NCBI GenBank assembly: GCA_965242865.1
Contig: CBDETK010000013.1
Span: 4,800,001 to 4,864,000 of the forward strand
DNA from: Candidatus Latescibacterota bacterium
GTDB taxonomy: Bacteria; Latescibacterota; UBA2968; UBA8231
Length of the DNA: 64,000 nt
Direction: 5' to 3'
The position numbers and the translations under genes were made by a program. Numbering within the stretch: the stretch's first letter is position 1; every line of letters starts with the position of its first letter. Positions 36,693-45,924 of this stretch are shown here, piece after piece. Below the pieces are notes generated by a model. That model made no database searches, was not told the DNA's origin, and saw nothing but the letters and a program-made list of their open reading frames with translations.

Positions 36693-37246
36693 TCACAGCG
36701 GCATGTACTCCAGCCCAAAGACCCGCTCGACAAACCAACCCACCCCAAAAAGCCCAATCACGGCCGACACCACCAAGACGACCGTGCGCTGATAAGGCCG
36801 CCGACTGAGCCAAGCAACCAACGGAAAGACCAGCGCGACAATACCCACTTGGCCGATTTCCACGCCGGCGTTGAACGCAAACAGCGAGGCGACCAGCCCG
36901 TGCGTGGGCAGCCCCAACTCGCGCAGCACATTGGCGAAGCCAAATCCGTGGACCAGCCCAAAGGCAAAGGTGATCATCCAGCGGTAATCCGGGCGCTTGA
37001 GCCAGAAATTTTCCGCCGCCACGTACACGATGCTCAAGGCGATGGCCGCCTCGATCCACTCGCTCGGCAGACGGACGATTTCGAGGGCCGCCAAGCAGAG
37101 GGTGATGCTGTGGGCCACGGTAAAGGCCGTGACGACCTTGACCAGACTGAGCAGCCGACCGCCGACCACAATCAGTGCCAACCAAATTCGTATAACTGGT
37201 ATTGAGCTTGTGGGCGCGAGCTGGAGTGGGGGCGGCCAAAAACAGC
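36693..37246 (-). pseudogene. HupE/UreJ family protein remnant (internal deletion)
   Basis: TAFTVAHSITL, IE..IALSI, FGLVHGFGFA, FNAGVEIGQ. A signal-peptide end (PARAH..SY) is joined out of frame. Confidence 0.75.
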
Positions 37247-37331
37247 GGAATGTCGCAACGCAGGGCGATTTGCTTTTGCGCGGCCGCTTGGCTGACCGAA
37301 CCAACGGACGCATCGATCAAGGGCTTTAGTA

Positions 37332-38217
37332 ACCAATGGTGCTAGTCTGTTGACCGTGGTCCCGGTAGTTCCTACGCTGAGAGTATCCACCCTTTCAGCC
37401 CCGGAGCGTCCTGATGACCACGGCCGAGTTTATAATAGCCCTGTTCTACCGCATTGACAATCAAATGCTTGACGTGCCGAAACATCCGCAAGCGTCCCTA
37501 TACCCCAGTGAGGTGGTCACCTTAGGGATGTTGTATGCGCTCAAAGGCGGGGGTAAACGGGCGTTTTACCGCTGGCTGGTGCGGGACTGGCACGCTTGGT
37601 TCCCGCGCCTGCCGTCGCGCACGCGCTTGTTCCGCCTCTTCGCCGCCCATGCCGATTGGACCGACCGCTTCCGCGCCGAGCCGACGCCGTTAGGGGTGGT
37701 CGACAGCTATGGCATTGAGTTGATCCATCCGGTGCGTCAGGGTCGGGCACAGCACTCCCTCGGAAAGAAAGGGCTCTCCAATCACCGCTGGATCGTCGGC
37801 GGTAAGCTCTGCGTTATCGTCAATCAGTGGGGGCGGATCGTCGATTGGGATTGGAACACGGCATAAGTCCACGATTCGGTCTTTCATCCGATGATCCGAC
37901 GCTTCCAACAGCAAATGATCGTCCTCAGCGACCCAGGCTTTCATGCCAAAACCGGCGATCCGGCCAATCTGAAAGTCTGTCCTCGCAACACGTGGAACGA
38001 GCGGATGCTCATTGAGACCGTCTTTTCCATGCTCACCCGAATTAGCCGCTTTAAGCAGCAGACCCATCGGGCTTGGGCGTATTGTACTGCCCATCTCAGC
38101 TTTGCCATGGCCGCCTTCAACCTGCTGGTGCAGTGGCATGGAAGGCAGTCCGATGAAAACGGATTCGTCCCGTTGTCTATCGCCGAGTTCGGATTGTAAA
38201 ACACTAGCACCATTGGT
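37332..38217 (+). mobile_element. IS982 family insertion sequence
   Basis: Inverted repeats ACCAATGGTGCTAGT and ACTAGCACCATTGGT; 5-bp target-site duplication TAGTA (37327-37331, 38218-38222). Confidence 0.85.
37414..38199 (+). pseudogene. IS982-like transposase with an in-frame stop at 37864
   Basis: SEVVT, FPRLPSRTR, VVDS, GGKL, A*VHD, SD.GF, R..IETVFS. Confidence 0.8.
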
Positions 38218-38313
38218 TAGTAGGCAAGGGACCCGCTCGACTTCGAGTTGGTCCGACTCCAGCCGCGACAGGTCGAGCAAGTCGCCGAGCATTGCCATGA
38301 TTTCTGCCTCTTG

Positions 38314-38592
38314 CTAGTGGTAATCGACCAAGTCAACGTCGTACGCGTCGCCTTCTTCAAAGCGGAAGCTGATCTGCCAGTTGGCGGAAATCGAGATGCT
38401 CCAAAACTCTTTTAGATCGCCTTTCAGAGGGTGAAGTCGATATCCTGGTAAATTGAGATCCGATGGCTTGCTCGCGTCGTCGAGGTCCGCCAAAGCGAGT
38501 GCGATCCGTTGTGCCTGATCAGCACGTACTTGGCTCATATCTCCGCGCTCATACAACCGCTTGAGGCCGCGGTGTCGAAACGTCCAAATCAC
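38314..38592 (-). CDS. higB: HigB (RelE/ParE superfamily) toxin, orphan
   Basis: FRHRGLKRLY, PGYRLHPLKGD, WSI.ISANWQI.FRF, VDYH. Confidence 0.9.
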   Translation of the reverse strand: MIWTFRHRGLKRLYERGDMSQVRADQAQRIALALADLDDASKPSDLNLPGYRLHPLKGDLKEFWSISISANWQISFRFEEGDAYDVDLVDYH

Positions 38593-38699
38593 AAATAAAG
38601 TCTGTCTAACTTCCCGCCTTTTTATGCTTGCTCTCAGCATGCATCTGTCGGCGAAAGGGAGGGGCTAGATTGTATCCTTGCTTAGACACTCCTTGATCA

Positions 38700-39165
38700 C
38701 GCAAGCACTGGAGCAACTCTCTTGCTTTCAGCACCTTCCTCACCAAAATTCGCGCCCAGTACTTGGGGCACGATGCCGCATCCGGCCGGGCGTGCGATCC
38801 CCTGCCGGAGCAATGCGAAAGAACGCTGGCAAGGCTGGCCGAGCTCGATGCAAAAAAAGCGATGGCCTTGCGCCGATATTTCAGCGAGATGTCCGCCGTG
38901 ATTGCGGAGATGCAGCGGGTTTTGAAAAAAGGCAAGGCGGCCGTGATTGTCGTCGGCACTTCGCATCTGCGCGGCATAGATGTCGAGACGCAAAAGGGGC
39001 TTGCCGCCATTGGCAAAAGCGTCGGTTTTGATTTGGCCGGAATCGGCGTCCGCCGCTTGGACCGCGACAAGCGCATGATGCCAGCGCGCTTGGGGCACGA
39101 AACGCCACTCGCAGATTGAGCAACGGATGCACGAAGAGTACGTGATTGGATTGGTGAAATCGTAA
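38700..39165 (+). pseudogene. C-terminal remnant of an amino-type DNA methyltransferase
   Basis: RYF.EM..V..EM.RVLK.GK.AVIVVG, DRDKRMMP, MHEEYVI; frameshifted and 5'-truncated. Confidence 0.65.
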
Positions 39166-39353
39166 TGTTGGGAAGAATCGAAGAATTGAGCAGAATCGCG
39201 TCGCTGGCAGATGGTACTGGCGACATAGACTGCATGTACCATTTTGCGCTGCGCGAATTAGCAGAATCCTCGGATGTTGAGCTATTGGAGGTGCTGGTCT
39301 CCGGCCGACGCTTGCGCGACATCAGCGACTTGCCGTTTGATTTGGCGATCTGA
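39165..39353 (+). pseudogene. NgoMIV-family restriction endonuclease remnant
   Basis: SRIASLA.GTGDIDC.YHFAL.EL..RLRDISDLP.DLAI matches the NgoMIV-type C-terminus; TAATG coupling to the methyltransferase; catalytic core deleted. Confidence 0.75.
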
Positions 39354-39405
39354 GTATCGCCTTGCAAGCATGGAATGTTTATCGGTAGCGTCTTTTTTTT
39401 GAGAA

Positions 39406-39431
39406 GTCACTCCCGTGAAAGCGGGAATCCA
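39406..39431 (+). repeat. REP-like palindrome
   Basis: GTCACTCCCGTGAAAGCGGGAATCCA; related inverted copy at 50248-50299. Confidence 0.6.
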
Positions 39432-39610
39432 ATCTTGAATGATGTAGCGTTGCTATATATCTGGAGATTGAGCCTTTGACGTAAGAACATCTACGACCAA
39501 AGATGTGGCAAAAAATAGATGTTTTTACAACGAAAGTGGAGTTACACAGCACAATGGGTTGCCTTTGTTGCTGGTTCCCGCCCACCATGTACCGTACGGA
39601 GAAAACACCT

Positions 39611-40723
39611 ATGAGTAAGGAAGCCCGCGCACTGTACGCGGCTATGGGGGCGACGCCCGTGATCAACGCCCTCGGCCCGCGCACCCTCTTAGGGGGATCG
39701 TCCCCCCACCCGGACATCATCGCCGCGATGGAACTGGCCGGCCGCTACTACGTTGATATGGATGCCTTTTTGGCGAGCACCGGGCGGGTCGTCGCCGACC
39801 TGCTCGGGGCCGAGGCCGCGCTGATTACCCCGGGCTGCGCGGCCGCGTTGGTCCTCGGCACGGCCGCTTGCATAACCGGCGTAGATCCGGAGAAAATGGC
39901 CCGCTTGCCCGATGCGACCAGCATGCCCAACCAAGTGGTCATCCAAAAGGCCCAACGCTACAAATACGACCGCATGGTGCGCCTGCCCGGGGCCACCCTC
40001 GTGGAGGCGGGCACCGAGCAGGGCACCACAGCCGACGAGCTGGCCGCAGCTTTTGGCCCCCAAACGGCCGCCCTCCTCTACCCGGCCATCGACACCCCAG
40101 CCGCCATCGTCCCGCTGGCCGAGGCCATTGCCATCGCCCACGCCCACGACGTGCCGATCTTCGTGGATGCGGCCTTCCGCGTCTATCCCCTAGCCGGCTT
40201 AACCCAATACATCGCGGCCGGGGCCGACTTAGTTGGCTACGGGGCCAAGTACGTGGGCGCGCCCAATTCTTCGGGCATCCTCTGCGGCCGCGCCGACTTA
40301 ATCGAAGCCGCCCACCTGCACAGCTTTGCCTGCTTTGAAACCCGCGACCTAGAAGGGGTTGGCCGCCCGCTCAAAATCGACCGCCAAGAAGTCGTCGGCG
40401 TGGTCGTGGCCCTGCGCCGCTGGCTGGCCATGGACCACGACGCCCGCAACCGAGGCGACGCCCGCCGCGCCGAGACCGTGCGTCAGCACTTGGGCCAACT
40501 GCCCCACGTGCAAAGCTCGGTCGATGGCGCGTCCCTGACGCTGACCTTGGACGAACCAGCCCTCGGCCGCACCGCGGCCGACCTAGAAAAAGCCCTGCGC
40601 AACGGCAATCCCTCGGTCTGGCTCTCAGCGGCCCCGGGCCAACTTCACTTGTCCATGCCCACCGTGGCCGACGGGGATGAGGAGCTTTTGGCCACGCAAT
40701 TGAAGAAGGCGTTAAGTGGTTAG
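39611..40723 (+). CDS. SelA-like PLP-dependent enzyme (DgaE-related)
   Basis: PVINALG..TLLGGS, VDAA, GADLV.YGAKY.GAP, GRPLKIDRQE. Confidence 0.82.
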   Translation: MSKEARALYAAMGATPVINALGPRTLLGGSSPHPDIIAAMELAGRYYVDMDAFLASTGRVVADLLGAEAALITPGCAAALVLGTAACITGVDPEKMARLPDATSMPNQVVIQKAQRYKYDRMVRLPGATLVEAGTEQGTTADELAAAFGPQTAALLYPAIDTPAAIVPLAEAIAIAHAHDVPIFVDAAFRVYPLAGLTQYIAAGADLVGYGAKYVGAPNSSGILCGRADLIEAAHLHSFACFETRDLEGVGRPLKIDRQEVVGVVVALRRWLAMDHDARNRGDARRAETVRQHLGQLPHVQSSVDGASLTLTLDEPALGRTAADLEKALRNGNPSVWLSAAPGQLHLSMPTVADGDEELLATQLKKALSG

Positions 40724-40732
40724 TGGGCTGGG

Positions 40733-42502
40733 ATGAGCACGCCCCAACAACAGGCCGAGGCTCTCGCGGCCGGGCTGTATGACCATCAGATCGAGGGCAT
40801 CGCCTTTTTGTTGGGTCGCCAGCGGGCGATCCTCGCCGACGACATGGGGTTGGGCAAGACGCGGCAGTCCGTGCTGGCCATGCGCCAAGCCCGCCCGGAG
40901 GGGCCGTACCTAGTCGTCTGCCCGGCTGCGGTTAAGACCAACTGGGTGCGCGAGATCGAATGGGTGCTGCCAGCGGCCGAGGTCGCCATCGTCGGCCCCG
41001 CACCCGCGCCGGCCCCCGGTTATAGCGGCTGGGTCGTCATCAACTACGACATCCTCGCCAAACACCCGCTGACAGCCCACGCTTGGAGCGGCTTAGTCTT
41101 TGACGAGGCCCACTATCTCAAAAACTACCGCAGCCAACGGCACCGCCTGTCGCTGGACTTGGTCAAAGCCGTTGGCGACGAGGCGGTGGTCCACCTTTTG
41201 ACCGGCACGCCGCTGACGAGCCGGCCGCGCGATCTCTTCCCCTTGTTGCAGTTGGTGCGCCACGCGCTCGGGCGTTCGTTCGTCGCGTTTGCCAAACGCT
41301 ATTGCGACGGGTACAAAGGCGACTACGGCTGGGTGGCCGATGGGGTCTCCAATATCGACGAATTGACCGTGCAGTTGCACGGCATCATGCTGCGCCGCAC
41401 CAAGGCCGAGGTGCTCGACCTGCCGCCCAAGATCCGCAGTTGGCTCGACGTGGAGGTCGCCAGCCGGGTGGCGCGCGAGATGAGCGAGGCGGTGATGGAG
41501 CTGTTGCACACCATCTCGCGCCGGGGCCGAGCCGAGCTCGCTGGCGAGACCGAGGCGGAGCGTCGCTCGCGCCAAGGCTGGATCATGGGCCAGCTAACCA
41601 CGGCGCGCAACCGCTTGGCCAGCACCAAGGTCCGCAGCACAATTCCCTTTGTGGAAAACGCGCTCGAACAGGGCGAGAAGGTGCTGGTCTTCTCGTGTTT
41701 TCTGGCGCCGGTCAACACGCTGCGCAAACACTTTGGCCCGCAGGCAGTCGCCATCACCGGCGAGGTGCCGGCGAGCGAGCGGCAACGCCTAGCCGACCGC
41801 TTTCAGCAGGACGACTCCGTGCAGGTGCTGGCCGCGCAGATTACGGCTGGGGGCGTCGGGCTCAACCTCACGGCCGCTCGGCAAGTGGTCTTCAACGATC
41901 TCGACTGGGCGCCGATTAACCACTGGCAGGCCGAGGACCGGGCGTACCGCATCGGGCAACGGCAAGCCGTGAACGTCACCTATATGGTCGGCAGCGGGAC
42001 CATCGACGAGTTCGTCAAGACGGTCCTCGAGACCAAGTCCACGCTGATCGACCAACTCGTCGAAGGCAGTGCCTTGCCCGAACACTTCCAGCGCGACGTG
42101 ATGGACGAGTTGCGGCGCGTAATGGAAGCGCTGCCCGCACCGTCCACTGGCGAGATGGGCGAGCGGCAAGTGGTGGAACTGTTGCGCGAGGCCGGGGCGG
42201 CCTTTGTCGCCGAGCAGCCTGCCGTTGATGCGCTGACCAAGGCGCGCTTGCCGTCGGCCGAGGCGGTGCGCGCGTTGGCCCGGGTGTTGGCCGGGCCGGA
42301 ACGGGCCTTGTACCGGGTGGATAGCTCGTCCAAGCCGGGGGCGTTCTACGAGCTGGAGGCGGTGGGAAGCGATGTAAGTTGCAGTTGTAAGGGGTTTGCT
42401 TATCGGGGGATTTGCCAACATGCGCGGGCGCTGAAGGAGGCGTTGGTCAAGGGGGAGGGCTTGCCGGAGGGATTTGTCGCCGGCCGTCAAGCCCCCGCTT
42501 AG
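40733..42502 (+). CDS. SNF2-family helicase with C-terminal SWIM zinc finger
   Basis: LADDMGLGKT, DEAH, LTGTP, GVGLNLT, QAEDRAYRIGQ; C-terminal CSCKGF..RGICQH. Confidence 0.9.
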   Translation: MSTPQQQAEALAAGLYDHQIEGIAFLLGRQRAILADDMGLGKTRQSVLAMRQARPEGPYLVVCPAAVKTNWVREIEWVLPAAEVAIVGPAPAPAPGYSGWVVINYDILAKHPLTAHAWSGLVFDEAHYLKNYRSQRHRLSLDLVKAVGDEAVVHLLTGTPLTSRPRDLFPLLQLVRHALGRSFVAFAKRYCDGYKGDYGWVADGVSNIDELTVQLHGIMLRRTKAEVLDLPPKIRSWLDVEVASRVAREMSEAVMELLHTISRRGRAELAGETEAERRSRQGWIMGQLTTARNRLASTKVRSTIPFVENALEQGEKVLVFSCFLAPVNTLRKHFGPQAVAITGEVPASERQRLADRFQQDDSVQVLAAQITAGGVGLNLTAARQVVFNDLDWAPINHWQAEDRAYRIGQRQAVNVTYMVGSGTIDEFVKTVLETKSTLIDQLVEGSALPEHFQRDVMDELRRVMEALPAPSTGEMGERQVVELLREAGAAFVAEQPAVDALTKARLPSAEAVRALARVLAGPERALYRVDSSSKPGAFYELEAVGSDVSCSCKGFAYRGICQHARALKEALVKGEGLPEGFVAGRQAPA

Positions 42503-42641
42503 CAGTTTACAAGAGCCCCGCGATTGCTCATGGTTAATGCTCAGTGCGCTACACCAGCGACCAGCCTTCCGCCCGGACAGAACAGCAAGTGTATCCCCCG
42601 TCCGAAAGGCGTCGTGCAAAAGTGCTGAGAGGAGACCGCAG

Positions 42642-43358
42642 ATGACAAGCCGCCGCTGGCGCAAAGCCCAAGTCAGCGAACGCGACTGGTGGCAGTCCCG
42701 GGCCGCCGACATGGCGCTAGATTTCTACGCGGCCTTTGCCCAAGCCCTGCGCCGGGAGCTCGACGGTGTGCTCACCTTGACGGCCGACACCCGCATCCTA
42801 GAAATCGGCAGCGGTGCGGCCGGTATCCTCACCCATCTCAGCGAAAGCAACTACCGCCACGCGGTTGATCCGCTAGAGGATTTTTACGCCTCCATCGAAC
42901 GCTTTCGCGCCTTCCGCGATCCGGCCGTGCAGTACCACGCGGGCGCGGGCGAACAACTCGACTTCCCGGCCGACCACTTCGACTTAGTCATCATGGATAA
43001 TGTCCTCGACCATTGCGCCGACCCCGAGCAGGTCCTCCTTGAAATGCACCGCGTGCTCAAGCCGGAAGGCACGGCCTATTTCCGCCAGAACACGTACCAC
43101 CTTTGGGGTCGCTTGGTGCGCGGGCTGATGGAGTGCTTTCAGATAGACCGGGGGCATCCCCATACCTTTTCAAAGCGGTACTTACGGCGTCGCTTCGCTC
43201 GGCTAGGGCTGACAGTGCGCCGCTTTGAGCGCGGCGGCTATTGGGCCACTTGGCGCAAAGAAATCCGCTCATCCCGCCCGCTAGACCAAGCCAAAGCCCT
43301 GCTCTTAGCCACCCGAGACCGCACCCTGTACATCTTGCAAAAATCAGCGACGCCCTGA
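42642..43358 (+). CDS. Class I SAM-dependent methyltransferase
   Basis: ILEIGSG, VDPL, FDLV..NVLDH, RVLKPEG; RBS GAGGAG. Confidence 0.88.
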   Translation: MTSRRWRKAQVSERDWWQSRAADMALDFYAAFAQALRRELDGVLTLTADTRILEIGSGAAGILTHLSESNYRHAVDPLEDFYASIERFRAFRDPAVQYHAGAGEQLDFPADHFDLVIMDNVLDHCADPEQVLLEMHRVLKPEGTAYFRQNTYHLWGRLVRGLMECFQIDRGHPHTFSKRYLRRRFARLGLTVRRFERGGYWATWRKEIRSSRPLDQAKALLLATRDRTLYILQKSATP

Positions 43359-43429
43359 ACGTTCCGAGGTGGACGCGGCGGCTGTTTATAGGTAGGTATA
43401 TTGTGGACGCGTTGGCCCTTGGAGTAATC

Positions 43430-44554
43430 ATGCCCTACGATATATCGAAAGAAAAAAGGGATTGGTACCGGGAGATTGCTGCGCGATCTAGACAAAGAAA
43501 AAAAGCCGCGATCCGCGGTGAACTTGAGCGCGCCTCAAGCAGAATGAATAAACCCGTTCTGGAACCCAGTGCCCTAATGCCCCAACATCGCCCACAAGGC
43601 TTGCGGGCGATGTCCCTGTTTTCGGGGGGTGGCGGCTTGGACCTCGGGTTTGAGCGAGCCGGGTTTGAGCATGTTGTCAGTTGCGACCTATTGGATATTT
43701 GCGGTGCCACGCTGCGGCGCAATCGCCCCCAATGGAAGGTGCTGGCGGGTCTAGCTGGTGATGTGACAAAGGTCCATTGGGCCGCCTATAAAGGCACTGT
43801 CGATCTCATCCACGGCGGCCCTCCATGCCAGCCTTTTTCGGTAGCTGGCAGACAAGGTGGAAGCGAGGATACTAGAGATATGTGGCCGGCGTTTATCGAC
43901 GCCGTGCTGGCGGTCCAGCCCGATGCGTTCGTAGCCGAAAACGTTCCGGGACTGCTCAACCCTAAGTTCAATAAATATGTGAACAAGGCGATCCTAGCGC
44001 CGTTAGAGCCAAGTTATCACATCGCCAAGTTCAAGGCCGTTGCCTCTGAGTTTGGCGTCCCTCAAGTGCGAAAGCGGGTCATTTTCGTCGGGTTTAGATC
44101 GCCCAAAGCCGCCCGCGAATTCGAGGTTCCACCGGCAACGCACTTTCTCAACGACAGTCTGTTTGCATCGGGGCACTGGGCGCTGGGTGCTAGGGCGGCT
44201 TTGGGCTTAGACGACATTGGATTCGATTGCTTCGCGCCGACTCTCCGCTCTGGCTTTACTGGCCCGAGAAAAACGACGAGTGTTCTCAACAGCAAGGCGA
44301 GTCAAAAGGTTTGGCAAAGGCTACAGATTTGGCCGAATGGCGTCCAAAAGTCGAGAGAGGAAGCCGCGATGTTCCCTCCCGAAAACGGACACTTCCGGCT
44401 TTCCGTCCAAGACTGTGCCCTCCTGCAAGGGTTTCCAGCCGATTGGCTCTTCGCCGGTGCTGTGTACCAAATCCTTGGGCAAATCGGCAATTCCGTTTGT
44501 CCGCCGGTGGGTTATGCTATCGCAAAATCCGTAGCGAGCGCGTTGAGGGCCTAA
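43430..44554 (+). CDS. dcm: DNA (cytosine-5)-methyltransferase
   Basis: LFSGGGG, GGPPCQPFS, ENV, GVPQ.RKR, LQGFP, QIGNSV. Confidence 0.95.
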   Translation: MPYDISKEKRDWYREIAARSRQRKKAAIRGELERASSRMNKPVLEPSALMPQHRPQGLRAMSLFSGGGGLDLGFERAGFEHVVSCDLLDICGATLRRNRPQWKVLAGLAGDVTKVHWAAYKGTVDLIHGGPPCQPFSVAGRQGGSEDTRDMWPAFIDAVLAVQPDAFVAENVPGLLNPKFNKYVNKAILAPLEPSYHIAKFKAVASEFGVPQVRKRVIFVGFRSPKAAREFEVPPATHFLNDSLFASGHWALGARAALGLDDIGFDCFAPTLRSGFTGPRKTTSVLNSKASQKVWQRLQIWPNGVQKSREEAAMFPPENGHFRLSVQDCALLQGFPADWLFAGAVYQILGQIGNSVCPPVGYAIAKSVASALRA

Positions 44555-45253
44555 ATGGCTGTCCAAGACGATAGACGAGAAAAGGAAATGTGCCGGCTCT
44601 TGGGCTTGCGAGAGGGAGCAGGTCGCTCCGATGTGGACGCATTCTTTGACTTTGAAGCGTACTTTGCGCCCATAGAACTCAAATCGACGACGACAGGCTC
44701 TGTTTCAACTGCAAGAGATGTAGGCCCCACTCACATAGCAAAGTGGCGATACCGAATATGGGTTTTCGGTTTTTACGACATCTCGGGAACCGCTCTACAG
44801 AAATTACTCGCACTTGGGCCTAATGAAATGGAAAGCTGGATTGCAGAAATTGAGCTATATATTAAACCTGACCTTGCGATAGGAGACCGCGTGGCAGAGA
44901 AACTTGACTTTGAAGACTTGTACATTGTATGCAAAGAAAAGAGCAAGTACAGCTTAGAGGACGCCAAGTCCCTTCACAAGCGACAGTGGAACCAAGAGAA
45001 GTATCGTTCGGAAATGGATGATGCGAATGGTTATACCCCGGCGAAAATGCTCGAAATTCTCAAGTTGCGAGCCATTTATCTCAACCAGCGCGGTTCAACT
45101 CTGAATAACCCACATATCCCGAAGTCGTTCTTTGCAAACTTCAGGGACCGAATGATCGACGCGGTACATTGCAGGGCAGATGCCCGAGCTGCTATCCACC
45201 AGACGCTACGCGACATAACGCTTGCCAACGAGACATTGCAGTGGACTCGATAA
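44555..45253 (+). CDS. Putative type II restriction endonuclease
   Basis: Directly abuts dcm (TAA ATG); D..ELK nuclease-like motif (SDVDA..PIELKST); low GC. Confidence 0.6.
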   Translation: MAVQDDRREKEMCRLLGLREGAGRSDVDAFFDFEAYFAPIELKSTTTGSVSTARDVGPTHIAKWRYRIWVFGFYDISGTALQKLLALGPNEMESWIAEIELYIKPDLAIGDRVAEKLDFEDLYIVCKEKSKYSLEDAKSLHKRQWNQEKYRSEMDDANGYTPAKMLEILKLRAIYLNQRGSTLNNPHIPKSFFANFRDRMIDAVHCRADARAAIHQTLRDITLANETLQWTR

Positions 45254-45278
45254 TTCACTCTTAGCAAGGATCCTACAG

Positions 45279-45923
45279 ATGGCCTTTGAAATTTTCGACT
45301 TTCGCAAAGACGAGCACATCAAAAACCTGCTCGTCACCCCTCACATCCGCTCTCGCTTTCTCCGCATGCAGCCGGGCGCGGTGGCCGATCTGCACAGCCA
45401 CGATCTCGGCCACGAAATTTTCCTCATCCTGCAAGGCCGCTGCGTCTTTCACATCGCCGGCAGCGAACAGGAGCTGGGCGCAGGTCAGCTTTGCGTTGCC
45501 CTCGCCGATGAAATCCATCAGGTGCGGGCCATCGGCGACGAGCCCATGGTCATGTACCTGTCGGTAACGCCCCACATCCAGCCGACCCACACCGGTCGCG
45601 ACCCCGATGGCACCCGCCACCCGACCCGCTTCCAGCCCGCTAGCGCGTACGATGTGGAGACGGATGCCGACACGCCCATCGACGACCTCATCGACCAATT
45701 CACGGTCGCGGCGGACGCCTTGGCCCGCGCAGCCAGCGACCAAGCGACCGCACAACGCGAACGGAGCGGCCAACTCAAGGCAGCCCTCGCGGCCAGCGAC
45801 CAAGCACAGGCCACCGAGCTGCGCGAAGCTATGTGGCAAGAGGTGTATCAGAGCTTCAAGCGAGCCTACGCCTTGGCCGATCTCTGGAACGACCTGACGC
45901 CCCGCGTCGGAAAGGTGGGGTGA
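45279..45923 (+). CDS. Cupin domain protein
   Basis: LHSHD..HEIF..G..G......H motif. Confidence 0.82.
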   Translation: MAFEIFDFRKDEHIKNLLVTPHIRSRFLRMQPGAVADLHSHDLGHEIFLILQGRCVFHIAGSEQELGAGQLCVALADEIHQVRAIGDEPMVMYLSVTPHIQPTHTGRDPDGTRHPTRFQPASAYDVETDADTPIDDLIDQFTVAADALARAASDQATAQRERSGQLKAALAASDQAQATELREAMWQEVYQSFKRAYALADLWNDLTPRVGKVG

Positions 45924-45924
45924 C

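Larger units (their letters stand above)
37246..38298 (-). pseudogene. Histidine-kinase fragment split by IS982
   Basis: Removing the IS and one TSD copy restores LGDLLDLSRLESDQLEVERVPCLLKPLIDASVGSVSQAAAQKQIALRCDIP in frame. Confidence 0.7.

Noticed and set aside
39611-40723. Selenocysteine synthase SelA
   Set aside because: It is too short, lacks the N-terminal domain and has no selB or selC nearby; it fits the SelA-like PLP family.
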